Origin: Vitrella brassicaformis CCMP3155
Lineage: Eukaryota; Protista; Chromerida
NCBI GenBank assembly: GCA_001179505.1
Contig: CDMY01000221.1
Location: 62,001 to 126,000 of the forward strand
Length of the DNA: 64,000 nucleotides
Direction: 5' to 3'
The notes beneath the pieces were generated by a model. The model had not been told where the DNA came from, did not search any database, and saw only the letters and a list, made by a program, of their open reading frames with translations. Positions 1 to 12,636 of this stretch are shown here, in pieces. A program made the translations under genes and the position numbers. Positions within the stretch are counted from its first letter, which is position 1, and every line of letters starts with the position of its first letter.

Positions 1-843
1 TGCGCTGTGAGTTCGACCATCCCGACGACGCCACAGCATTCACCACGAGCGTCGACCGCGCCCTCCACCCCCACCAACACAACCATTGCCTCCCCCACCA
101 GCCCCTCACCGACTCGCCCAACGGCGGCGACAGGACCTCACGCACACACACCACGGCAGCCTCGCTCGCCCTCGACAAGGACGAGGGCGATGGCTATGGC
201 GACGAGGCCAGCAGACACAGGGAGGCGCGCGCGGACGACAAAGACACAGAGGTGGCGAAGGAGAAGGACAAAGAGAAGGAGGTGGAGCTGCTTCCCATGG
301 TGGCCGACGAAACGGAGGTGCGCCACGCCGTCAAGAGGCTCGAAATCGCCGACTGGTCGCCTTTCAGGATCGCACGGTGAGAGAAGAAGGAGGCAGCAAG
401 GCCCGTGTGACGACGACTTCCTTGCTGTGTGTGCTTGATTCAATTCATGCGTTGTGATGCGATGCATGCGATCTGCCAGGGCCGTGTTGAGCCGTGAGCA
501 CCCGGTCCCCAACGCCTTCGGGGTCGACGTGAGCCTCAGCCGCGTGCAGCGCACCCTGTTATTCGCCGCGGACGTCATGGGCGGCTTCATGTTCGACGCT
601 CTGTTCTTCACGGCGGCCCCTTCGCCCCTGGGAGTCAAGAGGGGGCAGATCAGTGGGGTGGGGGAGAAGTGGGGGGCCGGTGAGGAGGAGGGCGAGTTCG
701 ACATTGTGCTGCTGGACTTCAACTTTGGCGACGAGAGCTCGCGGCTCAGGCTGACCTGGAAGGTGGTCGTGGCCACCGTCATGAGCCTCATACTTATGTG
801 GTCAGTATGCAGCCCCTGAATGAGTCCATTGGTTGTCAATCAC

Positions 844-882
<39 letters not shown>

Positions 883-2086
883 TGTCCGTGTCGGTGTGTG
901 TGTGTGTCTGTAGGCCGATAGAGCGCTTCTTCGACTGGCTGTTTGTGAAGGAGGTGCCGTTAGTCAAGCCCTCCAAGTACGGCGTCGCGAGCAAGGGCAA
1001 GGGCAAGGGCAAGAGCCGCAGCACCAAGCTCGACGCGGAGGAGGCCGAAGTTGAGGAGACCATCCTGTGGGGCATCGACCAGCAGCAGAAGACCCGTGGC
1101 TACAAGTTCTACCTCACCGAGGACGAGAAGGCCGCGTGGGTCCGCCGCACAAGGCGCAAGGAGTGGGTGGGTGTGTCGGTGGTGTCGCTCTTCATTGTGA
1201 TAGCGCTGTTCTACCAGCTCATGTTTGCGGCCCTGCTGGGTGAGAATCTGCAGAACGTGTACGACTTTGTGGCGTCCAACGGGCTGGCTGTCCTGGAGGA
1301 GCTCATCCTCTGGCCCCTGCTCGTCTCCCTCGTCACCATACTCATCGTCACGTACGCAACGAAGCACCTTCACTCCGCGGGCCTTCGCCGCACTCTCTTT
1401 CTGTGTCCGCACTCTCTTTCTGTGTGTGTGTTTGTGTGGCTGTGTGTGTGCAGCATTGCTCGCCACACGAGAGCATTTGACTGCTGCCTGCGTCTGTGCC
1501 CCCGGATGACCGACTTCAGCAGAGCGATCGCCAGCGATGAGGTGGGTGGGTGGGGGGACATACACATGTATTGGGGCACACACACACCGACACACAGCAC
1601 AGGTAGATGAATGGCGCCAAGATCGATCTCTCTCTCTCTCTCCCTGTGTGTGTGTGTGTGTGTGTGTGTTGTGATGTGTGCATGCAGGCCGAGTTGTTTT
1701 ACCTGCAGGAGGCCGACGCCGAGCGGATCGTCAAGAACCCCGGCGAGCTGCGCAGCTACACCACCATGAAGGACAAACACAGCAGCAACACCAAGGCCAA
1801 GACCAAGACCAAGACCGCCAAACACAGCAGCACCAGCAGCACCACCAGCACCAGCAAAAGCAGCGGGAAGGGTGAAGGCATCGGCAGGCGGATCCACAGC
1901 AGGCAGACGACAGTCGGGTCCATCCACTCATCGACCACACACTCGCACACCCACACACATACACATACACTGACGCTGTCTGGGGGCTCCTCGGCCGATG
2001 GGGGCCAGACGGCAGCTCACCAGACGGCTCCGAAGGCGGAGCTGACGGTGTTCGATCCCAAGCCCAAAGACGTGCCCTCGCCATGA
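1..2086 (+). CDS. Multi-exon, multi-pass membrane protein, 5'-truncated by the window edge; family not identified
   Basis: Phase-consistent GT-AG exons (about 1-377, 481-801, 914-1352, 1454-1541, 1688-2086) give hydrophobic segments (WKVVVATVMSLILMW; WVGVSVVSLFIVIALFYQLMFAALLG; LILWPLLVSLVTILIV) and a Ser/Thr/Lys-rich tail ending DPKPKDVPSP*. Confidence 0.6.
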
Positions 2087-2933
2087 CGGAGGGAGGAATG
2101 GCTGACATACGTGTGGGTGTGCGGGCGGGTGCACTGCATCGATGTGTGTTGGTTGGTGGTAGTGGTGTGTTGTGGTGTGTTGTGTTGTGTTGTACTGTGT
2201 GCGTGAGGGGCATCTATCTGGGTGCATTGCATATGGGTGGGTCGGTTCCCTGCCAGCGTGTATGCGATAGATGCATGAGTGCGTCAATCGCAGCTCGCTG
2301 CTCTGCTAAGCTCTCTCCGCTTACCTACTCTCTCTCTCCCGCCCTCCCTAACTGCTGTGCATCTCTGTCTTTCTCTCTCATCTGTATGCTTGTGGGTGTT
2401 TGTGTGCATGAGAGCTCCGTATTGCATGAGAGCACCCAGTGAGCTGAAGGCCCAGGAATGGGATGGATGGAAGAAGAGAGAGGTGCGAAACCTCCCAAAC
2501 CTCCCAAACCTGCCTGCCCCCCTCGGCCACCGTACGTCTTCCATGATTATTGAGCGATGCATGTCCGTGCGTATGTATTCCCCTGCCTAGCTCACCTCAG
2601 CCCAGCTTGTCCACCAACGAGCGTAATTTGGCTCGTGGCGGCGCTGCCCCCGCAAAAGAGAACGAGAGATGCTGGCAGGGCTCGTGTGTGTGTGTGTGTG
2701 TGCTGCTGCTGCTGCTGCCATTGTTGATTTGCGGTTGTAATGTGGCGTAGCGAAGAGGGAATTGTCATTATCGAGTGATTTCGATGGACGCGTGGCGGGG
2801 GCATGCAGCTTGACATGACTGACACGGTGACAAATGAATGCAATCAGTGGACAGCTGCATACCTAACATACACACGTTTGTGTGCGTATGTCGTGGGTGG
2901 GTGTGGTGATGTACCTACTACCCACCCCACCTA

Positions 2934-2969
<36 letters not shown>

Positions 2970-4097
2970 TAACATAGAGACCTATGGTAGGTCGCTGTGT
3001 CCTCGCCTCCCTGTGTGTGTCTATCGCGCCGCTAGTCTAGTTTGGGGTGCGTGGGGGTGGGGTAGGTGGGTGTCGTTGGCTGCCTATCTATCTATCTATC
3101 GCACTCGACTGACTGACTGACTGACTGCCGGCTGGCACACAGGCAGGCAATCCAATGACACCCACCCCCCCACCATGCATTTGGGGCAGCTAGCTAGTAT
3201 GATGGATGGATGATGCGGTCCGGTCATTGTTACTGACTGCATCCTGCCTACCCTCATATCTGCGTATATATATACGCTATGCTTGTGAAGATATGGTATG
3301 TGCTCTTTATCCATCCATCCATCCAACCACGCCCCATGCCATAGAGCAATGGACGGCCCTTGCGCTGCGCGTCGATTGCATACTGATTGATACATATGCT
3401 GCCTAAGGCTGGCTCTGCCGGCCCGCCCTGGCTTTATCTATCTATCTCTGTGTGATGATGATGATGAACGACCGCCCTTTTTTCGCAATACAGACACACA
3501 CACACATACAATCTGTCTGCCCACATTTTTCGCTCTCTCGAGGGTCTGTCTGTCATGGCCATCGCATATATCGCACCTGTGAGTGAGTCGTGACCTGTGT
3601 GCCTGTCTGTATGCTGAGCGGGTCCGTGCGCTCTCTGCATGACGTGTTCTCTGCTGGGTGGCCCGGCCCATGATTGGGTTTGAGATACCATCGTACTGTA
3701 GTAGTGATGGTTCGCGTTCGTTGGCGGTGCTGACTCGTCGTGGGACGACGGGTTTATCCGGCTCCATCTGGGTAGTCTACGCACTGGCTGGGCCGGGTGG
3801 GTGGGTGGCTGCCTGTCGCTCCCTCTCCCTCTCCCTCTCCCTCTCTTTCTCTCTTTGTGTGTGTGTCTGCTGCATACCAGAAGCGGCATGGCATCGACAA
3901 AGACCCCCTTCAATCCTGGGCAGCCACTCGTAAACACGGCTGTCATTTCCGTGGATAAGCCCAAAAGAAATGGGACCTCTCTCAACAAGTAACCGCTAGA
4001 TCCGATCCCTTTCTCTCGAGTAGTTCAATTGCAAGACTTTGTCTGTGCCACTGACACCAGCTCTCACTGAGTGAACAAGACAAGACAAGACAGACCA

Positions 4098-4960
4098 ATG
4101 ACGGACATCGAGTCAGGCGGCAAGGTGCGCGAGCGCACGGCGTCCGAGTCCACCGACAAAGGCCTCGCACACGGCCACCAGAAGCTCTCCGTCACGGCCG
4201 TTGTGGCGCTCGTCGCCATTGCCGCTGTGGCCGTTGCTGCACTGATCGTGGGCAGCGTTGCCCTTCATAATGATCTCGTGCAGAGGGCCAAGGAGACCGC
4301 TACCGATGGCGTGGTGAGCTGAGACCGCTACCGAATGGCAGATCCAATGAGTCCGGGAGCGGTCGTGTGTGTCGATGACTGTCTGTCTGTGTCGGTGTCT
4401 GTGGTGCAGATGGTGCACATGACGGTCGGAGCGGACGAGCAGCATCGGGTCCTGATGGCTTTGAGCATGGCCAATCGCATGGTACGCCATCAGCGGCCGC
4501 CTGGGTGCCTGCGTGTCTGCGTGTGGGCGGCACAGTCTGTGTGTGTGTGTGTGTGTTTTAACATCTCTGCAGGTCGACATGGGCAAGGACGTCATTGTGT
4601 TCTGCGATGTCGACTGCCCGCCGCTTATGGCCAAGGACAGCGAGAACTTCATGCTGGAGGCGTTCAAGGCCAACACGACCAAGGATGGTCTCATTGACAC
4701 GCTGGTGGCCAGGGGGGTGCCCATCCACGTGTGCCCCGGCTGCCTCGCCAAACACGGCCTCTCAATGGAGGACGTCAGGGACGGTGTCGACGAGGTGACC
4801 AGCCACACACACACGCACACACACACGAGAGGGAGGGAGGGAGGGAGGGACACAGGAGTGCATCCATCACACATCTGTGTGTGTGTGTGTGTGTGTCCAG
4901 GTCGACGCCAATGAGTTCTTCGCCTTCACACAGGGGCGAATGCTTCACTTCGACTACTAA
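4098..4960 (+). CDS. DsrE/DsrF-like protein with an N-terminal transmembrane anchor (4 exons)
   Basis: Spliced product: MTDIESG...TAVVALVAIAAVAVAALIVGSVAL...TDGV|MVHMTVGADEQHRVLMALSMANRM|VDMGKDVIVFCDVDCPPLM...LVARGVPIHVCPGCLAKHGLSMEDVRDGVDE|VDANEFFAFTQGRMLHFDY*. This matches the DsrE pattern (V.vFld..gv; gv.i.vC..Cl...G). Confidence 0.75.
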
Positions 4961-5844
4961 TTGCACAGCCTTTTTGGTGCAGCACCCTCTCTCTCCACCG
5001 TTTCTAGTGGGCTCTTTTTGGTACATCAAGGTCTGTGTGTGTGTGTGTGTGTGAGTATGGGGGCGTTTGGGGATGCGTCTTCACGCAGCTAGGGGTGCAG
5101 TGTAGGGGCGTGTGAGACTGACTGACTGACTGACTGACAGAATGACAGACAGCGCCTCAGATCTGATCTATCAGATCAGGTCTACCAGACCATTTCAGTC
5201 TTTGTCCGTCGCCCAGGCGATCGGGGGTTGCTCTACGAGAGTGTGTGTGTGCGCTCCTTTATTCATCGGCTGTGTGTGCTTGCTCCTTTCGTACGTGGAT
5301 CGATCACGCTTCATGGGTCTCTGTGGCTGGCGTGTGGTGCGTTGTGCGGTGGCTTGATCCATTGCGGATGGGCTAATTTGCGCGGTGTGGCTGTGGGTGT
5401 GGGTGTCCATGTGTCGTTGGGTCGTGAGTAATGATACAGGCATCTGTGGACACGCACCGGCGGGCACGATCGATGGACAACGGATGCTCATCAGTTTAGA
5501 GAGAATCCGATATGCCAAGACTATCTATCCCCGCTGTGCGTGACAGAATGAAAACAAGTCGTCGCAATGTGCTCAATGTGCTCAGACACGCAGCACCACG
5601 CCCCACCAAATAGATAGATGGATGGCAGACACACAAGACAACATACATACGCCCTGTTCGTTTCGGGACTGCTCCATCCATTGGAAAGTGTGTTGACTCA
5701 GCCAGCCAGCCCTTAGTGTCTCTCCATCCATCCATCCAGGCTCCACCCACCCTCCGTCCGTCCGTCACGCACACCGTCCGTCGTCCCGTCCCACATACAG
5801 TACCTGCCTACGTGTCAACGCACCGGTGTGACTGGCTCATTCAC

Positions 5845-7219
5845 TTACTGCGCCCCCGACCCCAGTGAGCCGAACCCCGGGGTCGGGTACTCCGTCGTGT
5901 GCAGCTCCGTCACAGCCGCCGTCGGGCTCGCACCCGGCCGTCGGGCCTCCAGCCCGCCCCCTCTCACCACCCGCCCCTCGTGGACCACATCCATGTCAGG
6001 CGAGTCGCCGCCCTCCTGCTTGGCACCATCGGTGAAGGGAGACGGTGACGGCGGGCCCCGGTGGATGGTGCTCGACTTGGTGGGCGACGCGAAACGGGTG
6101 AATGTCGTGGTGGTGGTGGTGGCGGCGTTGTGTCGGGGAGGGGAGGAGGAGAGCACGGTGGGGTGGCGCTGCTGGGGAGACGCTGATGACGCCAGCAGGG
6201 GCAGCCGGAGGTTCTGCGCCTGACACACACATGACATGCGAACAGAGGAATAGAGACAGAGACAAACAAACAGACAGACAGACAGACTCTCTTTCTGCTT
6301 ACGTCGTGCTGCAGGTAGATGCCTCCAGTGGCCGTAGTCTTCCCAGCGGTGGCCACGTGTGGGAACTGGAAGCTGGATGTGGTGGTGGTCATGCCAGGAG
6401 CAGCACCAGCCGGCTCAGATTGCTGTGTGTACGAGTAGGCCGCCGGGTGCTCGGCGAGGTGGCGCTGCCTCCGCCGCTTGTTGACGATGGTGCGGGCGTT
6501 GATGTTGCCCTTGGCCGCTGCCTCCTCGTATAGCAGCAGCGCACGAGACACATCACGACCTGTGCCGATGCCCTGCAAGCAATGTGTGTGCACATGACAT
6601 GATGTGGGGAGAGTGGGTGGTGGAGTGTGTGCCGACCTGACCTACCTGTTCTAGGAGGCGTCCGAGGTTGACGGATGCATCGGTGGAGCCGCCGGCCTGG
6701 GCCTTCTCGAAACACTCAACGGCACGCACATAGTCGGGCCGACCTGACGGACGGATGGGATACACACACACAGAGAGAGAGGGACCAATCAGTCCATTGG
6801 GTCGATTGTGAACTCACCGGCTTCATCAGCGGCACCCTGCTCATGACACAGCCCCAGGTTGTTCCACGCCTCAGGGTCGTTACTCTGGCCACACCACACA
6901 CACCCACACACATCGACGTCACTCACTGTCTATCTTGTTGGTTCGGCCCCTCCCTTCCTTCCTTTGCCCACCCACCCACTTACCTGTTGTGCGGCCTTGT
7001 TGAAGTGTTCGGTGGCTTTTTTGGGGTTGGCCACGCCCAGCCCAGCGCCGCCGCAGAACAGCAGGTTGCCGATGCGAGTGTGGGCACGGACGATGTCCTT
7101 CTCCGCCGCACGACTGTACAACGCATACGCCTGCAACAGGTCTCTCGACACGCCTGCACAGCAGAGAGAGAGAGAGGGGGACGATGGAAGGGCTCTGTCT
7201 TGCTCTCTTGTGGCTGTGG

Positions 7220-7257
<38 letters not shown>

Positions 7258-10200
7258 GGGGGGGGGGTGTGCCTACCGATGCCGCACTCGTGCATCTGAG
7301 CCAGGTAGAAGAGCGCCTCCCCGTGTCCCTCATCTGCCGCCCGCCGCAGCCACTTGGCCGCCTCCACAAAGCGCTGACAGTGAGTGTGAGTGTGGCACAC
7401 ACACAGATGATATGATGACCTCTCTGTCCTCGTGTGCGTGAAATATAACATTGTGTCATTACGTCTTTGGAGGCCTGTGCGTTGGTGGCGAGCTTATAGA
7501 GGAGGATGCCGAGGGCCGCGGAGGCTTTGACGTGACCCCTGCGGGCAGCAGCCTCATACAGCCTGACCGATTCATCCATCCATCCATCGTGTGTGTGCTG
7601 TCACGTGCCCCTCCCTCCCTCCCTGCCGGCTCTTTCGCTCGGCTCTTTCGCTCGGTCAGTCGGTCGCTCACTTGGCCGCTGCATCTGTGTCCTCGGCGTG
7701 CACACCCACACCGGTCTCGTAACACACGCCCAGATTGTGGTGGGCGTTGGCGTGGCCCTGACATCCATCCGTCCCACACAGCCATCCACACATCCACATG
7801 CAGCCATCCATGCATGCGTGTGTCGTCAACGGGCGAGCTCTTCTTCACCTGTTCAGCGGCGATTTTGAAAAGCTCTGCTGCCCTTTCCGTGTCGCGGTTG
7901 CAGCCCTTGCCCGAGTAGAGCAGCGATCCCAGGTTGTTGAGGGCACGGGCGTTGCGCTAAATGAGACACACACACACACACACACACCATGCATCTCACG
8001 AATGGATGGATGGACAATGACTACCTGTTCGGCGGCCTTGTTGTACCACTCATAGGCCTGGTTGATGGATTTGATAACAAAGAAGGAGAGTGAATGGATG
8101 GATGGACGGACGGATGGACGGACGAATGGACTCGTTGCGTGGTCTTATGTGCGTGCCTGTGTACCCACCTTCCTGAGGCCCTGTGGGTAGTGGGGGGGCA
8201 GACCCATCTCATACGTGTAACCCAAATCCTGTACACACACACACACACACACATGGAGATAGATACGTATATTGTGTCGGTTCCCTCCCTCCCTCCCTCC
8301 CTCCCTCAGTCAGCACAGCACCACTTGCGCCTCGGCGTGGCCCATCCTAGCAGCCTGCACCACACAACGGACGCACATTGGAATACCCATCCCCTCCACC
8401 CCTCCGTCCATCCAGTGCGTGTGTGTGGTGGTCAGGTCACCTCACCCGCTCGTACAGCTTGGCGGCATTCAGGGGGTCCTTCGGGAAATCGGCAAACCCA
8501 CGCTGACCCAACCAACCAGCCAACCAGCCAACCAACACCATGCGCACGTGTCCATTCATCGTGTGTGACGTGTGTGTGCTGTGTGGTCTGGTCTGGTCTG
8601 GTCCGCTTTGGCGTCCGTCCGGCGCACCTCACCAACCTCTATGAGTCGTGCAACGCGGTATATGGCGTCAGGGCAGTCCAGGTCAGCGGCCTTTTCGTAC
8701 CAACACCGAGCCTCAAACATCCCTGTGTGTGGAGATATGTAGATGTGCGTGTATTGTGTGTGGTGGACAGACATATCATATTCGTTCCTTTGTGTGCGGT
8801 GCGTTAGTTACGCCTCTTCTTGGTGAGCGGGTCGATTTTGTCCCTGACGGCCTCCTCGACGCGCTTGTCCATCCTGGCCCTCGGGTCGCCACCCGACCGG
8901 GTCATCCCTTCTCCGGGGAACTGACACACGACACACACACATGCATCTCATGCATCTCATTCACCGCACACAGATCGATCACCCACCATGCCCCCCCAAT
9001 CCTATCCTCCATCGGCCATCGGTCGCTTGCCTGCCCGCCTGCCTGCCTGCCCGTGTACCTCTCTCTTGGGCGAAGGGCTGAGCATCATGTGCACGTCGTT
9101 GGTCTGTCCGTCAGGGTCGAGTGACGGCCGCATGGCGTCGACGAGTCCCTCCTCGAGCAGAGCCCCCGCACAGGTCATGCCCTCGGGTGACCCACGGCGG
9201 GCCGCCAGCACGTACAAATCGAAGGCCTTCATGGGGCTGCACGACACACTGTGCCCGTACCTATGTGGTCGAGCAAAGGAGACAGGCAGCAAGGATGTTG
9301 TGGTGATATCTGTGTGTGTGTGTGTGTGTCCTGTGTGCTGTGTGTGCTGTCTGTTTTGTGTGCACCTGAATTTGTGTCCTTCGATGCAGAGCAGGGCGAC
9401 ATCGTCGAGAGGCTCCTGGGGCTCAGACACCACCACCGGCGCCAACACACCTCTGTCACACGAAGAACATAGACACACATAGAGAGGCCCCCGACACAAG
9501 AGAACACACAATGAGTAACAAGAGGCAGGCCCCCTCTCCCTCTCCCTCCTGTCTGACCGTCTGCCCAGTTCGGACTCGAGCCGTTTGATTTTGCGGAGTG
9601 CGTCGACGAGGGCCTTGCAGATGGCATTGGCGAAGGTCGACATGAACTTGAGCAGCTCCACCTCAAACCCACAACAGTCACGCAGGTAACGCTGCAACCT
9701 GTGCATGCCATGCCATGCCCCAACACAAGAAAGAGGCCAGGCCGTCTCTGTCTGTAGGTGTGGATGGGGGCATAGCATGCCATGCCATGCCATGCGTACC
9801 TTGTTTTGCGATTGCCGGAGCAGACGCCCGCGCAGCAGCCGGCCTGTTCCGCCCGCTTGAGGGCGTCCCTGAGCTGCTTGATGAGCACGCCCAGGGCCGC
9901 CTGCAGCATGCCCGTCGACTTGGCAAGCTTCTCGGGCAGATAATTCACAAACAGGCCGTGGTCTACGCCATCCATCGTCTCCTGAAGGAAAGAAATGACA
10001 AAACGGTTGTTATCAGAGGTGGCATTCATTGAATGCATGGTGCTGTGTGTTGTGTTGTGTTGTGTTGTGTTGTGTTGTGTTGTGTTGTGTTGTGTTGTGT
10101 TGTGTTGTGTTGTGTTGTGGTGCATAGGGTGGGTAACGACGTACGTTGATGCAGTTGGTTTCGCATTGGATTTGGAACTTGGCGGGGAAGGGGACGTCCG

Positions 10201-10261
10201 CCTTTGCAAGAAGGGCCGTCAGCTCAGCTGCAGCCGATGTCAACTGAGCCAACTCCGACAT
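5845..10261 (-). CDS. SEL1-repeat (TPR-like) protein with a helical N-terminal region and a low-complexity C-tail; many exons
   Basis: Repeated SEL1 signatures in minus-strand exons: WYEKAADLDCPDAIYRVARL; ARALNNLGSLLYSGKGCNRDTERAAELFKIAAEQ; AAKWLRRAADEGHGEALFYLAQMHECGIG; RDLLQAYALYSRAAEKDIVRAHTRIGNL; RDVSRALLLYEEAAAKGNINA. Start MSELAQL at 10261. Confidence 0.9.
10046..10119. repeat. (TGTTG)n pentanucleotide microsatellite in the first intron of the SEL1 gene
   Basis: About 15 near-perfect TGTTG units visible directly. Confidence 0.95.
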
Positions 10262-10392
10262 GATGAGCCACCTTTTCTCCCCTCCCTTGTGCGAGCTTCA
10301 AAAATTGGCGAGCTTGAACCCTTTCCTCCCATTGGGATGGAAGCAGGCGTTCCTTCAACCACGTTGGTTGAATGCCTTGCGTGCCGAGAGAG

Positions 10393-12042
10393 ATGCAGTT
10401 GATGTGGCAGTGCCGAAGGAAGCTGCTGCGGTGGAGCTGGGGGTGGCGGTGGATGGTGCTCAAGATCTTGTGGCTCAACGGCGTGCACCCAGCGTCGCTC
10501 TTCGCTGAGGCCTCACACGAACGTAATTAAGATCCGGGGGAACACAAAAAGGGGCCTTTTTGATTTACTGACAGATGGATGGATGGATTCCGTCCCTCCC
10601 TGTGTGGTGTGGTTGTTTCTGGATGCGATGCCTGCAGCACTCCATGTCTACTTCATCAGACATGGGTCGGCTAGCTCAACCCACGACATCCCACATCTCT
10701 GTCTGTCTGTCTGTGATGTGTGTGGTGGTCTGGTCGATGTGGTCAGTGAGAAGCCCGCCGACCCCATCGCCAACCTGCACCTCAGCGTCAAGGGGCAGGA
10801 GAGAGCGGTCAGCCAGTCAGTCAGTCAGTCAGTCAGACCACCACTCACACATAGGCCAGTCAGTGGCATGTGATGTGTGTTGTGGCTGCAGATGGCGTTG
10901 GTGCCCTTCTTCCTCCCCGGCTTTCGAGAGAAGGGCAAGCTCAAGATACAGAGACCATCAATGGTACGGGGTGTACGGGGTGCATGCCAAACCTGCCAAG
11001 CCGGCTACTGGTGCGCGTGTGTGTGTGTGTGTGTGTGCAGGTTGTGGCTCAGGTTGCGTCAACGCTCTTTCCCTCTGAGAGGTCCCACGACACGGCAATC
11101 CCAATCGCCGCCGCTCTGGGCATACCCGTCAGGCCATTTCATCGACTCGAAGAGCCAAAGGTCACTCACACATACACAGACAGACAGATAGACAGAAAGG
11201 CATACACACACTCGTCTGTCTGTATGTGTGTGTGTATCTGTGTATCTGTGTGTGTGTGTGTGTTTGCCCCACCACAGGTGGCGCGTTATCTGTATGAGCA
11301 GGTGGTGGCCGCCGACAGGAACGACACGAACCTGAGCGTGCTGGTCATATGGGAGCACCAGGCCCTGCCCGTCCTTGTGCAGCATCTCATCAACCACCTC
11401 ATGGCACACGCATTCTGCGAGGACGCCAAGAAGACCGCCAAGGAGGCCGCCAAGGGCCGCGCCGCCCTCTGCAGCCCAAACGCCACTCGCTTCAAAGACG
11501 TCCCTCCCCCTCTTCAATCTCACCCACCGCCCCCCGCCACGTTCTTCGACTCGTTCGCCCCCGCCTGGGCCGCAGGGAGTAATGTGACGGCAGTGAGTGT
11601 GCGGTCGCTGCGAGGCGATGGCGATGGCGGCGGCGGTGGCGGTGGTGGTGGGCGGCACTACTGCATCCCCGACTGGCACGACGATCGGTTCGATTTGCTG
11701 TGGGACTTGAGGCTCTCGAAGGTCAAGCTGAAGGATGGCAGGCCGCCGCCACACCCTCAGGGGGGAGGGGGAGAGGCCGATGACGACGACAGTCGGTGGA
11801 AGGACCTTGGTGATGGTGGTGATGGAGAGGCCGACACAGAGACGGACAGTGAGGCCGGGGAAGGTGCTGGTGCTAGTGGTGGTGATGGAGGGAGTGAGGA
11901 GAGTGATGAGAGTGGGTTGTGGCTGCGTGTGTCGCTGGGTGCCTACTGTCAGCACCTGCTTGCAGACGACGCCAAGTGCAAACCCAAGCTGCACTGGCAA
12001 CACATCTGCCCACTCACAACAACCGAGGGTGGCTGGGGATAG
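10393..12042 (+). CDS. Histidine phosphatase (phosphoglycerate-mutase-like) family protein, RHGEKP type
   Basis: Splicing joins LHVYFIRHG|EKPADPIANLHLSVKGQERA, then FPSERSHDTAIPIA, VLVIWEHQALPVL and IPDWHDDRFDLLWDL. These are the RHG, LS..G..RA, R...T, WEH and W...FD elements of this subfamily. The 5' exon (MQLMWQCRRKLLRWSW...ASHE) is phase-consistent but less certain. Confidence 0.8.
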
Positions 12043-12636
12043 ATAGCCTGCCTGCCTGCCTGCCTGAGTGTCTGAACCCATGTAGACTAACTATAGTGGT
12101 ACAAGGTAGGCAGGAAACTGGATTCTCCCTCCCCATTGGCTTGGTGCGTGTGGTGCCCCGCCCCGCCCCGCACACATCAAGGGAAGGAAGGAATGTGCCT
12201 AATGAATGAATGTGCTTACGTTGCGTACGTAGAATATGTAACCAAGTAGGAGGTAGGTGTATGCTATGCCATGCGGCCAGGTGGACAGTCTGTCTGTGTG
12301 CATGTATAGCCTTAGCAGGGATGGTGAGGGTCTCGGTGTCCGTCAAACATGAATGGCTGGCTGCATGGCCTGGTCGATGGACAGACACGTGGCGTGGTTG
12401 AAAGCGGATGGATGGATTGATGGATGACACTCTGGATTGCAAATCCAACGCGCGTTGAACTTCCGCCAATAAATGCGCAGAGCGATTCAAGTACACCGTC
12501 GAACGTCGACACATTCAGCAACCGCGCCCACACACACACACACACATGGCATCTACGTGTCAGATGCGCTTCCATGACCACACTGAATGCATTGCTATAC
12601 ACAAGATGCGTCCATCCATCCATCCATCCATGTATC

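Noticed and set aside
798-1610. Long ORFs containing CVCVCV, THTHTH, LSLSLS or DRQTDRQ runs, here and throughout the ORF track
   Set aside because: They are translations of intronic (TG)n, (CA)n, (TC)n and (GACA)n microsatellites, read through from real exons.
2440-2690. Possible extra exons (SELKAQEWDGWKKREVRNLPNLPNLP...) downstream of the first gene
   Set aside because: I could not join them in phase to the preceding gene, which has its own stop at 2086, and there is no start or homology support.
10546-10561. AAAAAGGGGCCTTTTT near-palindrome resembling a rho-independent terminator
   Set aside because: It lies inside a spliceosomal intron of a eukaryotic gene and is short enough to arise by chance.
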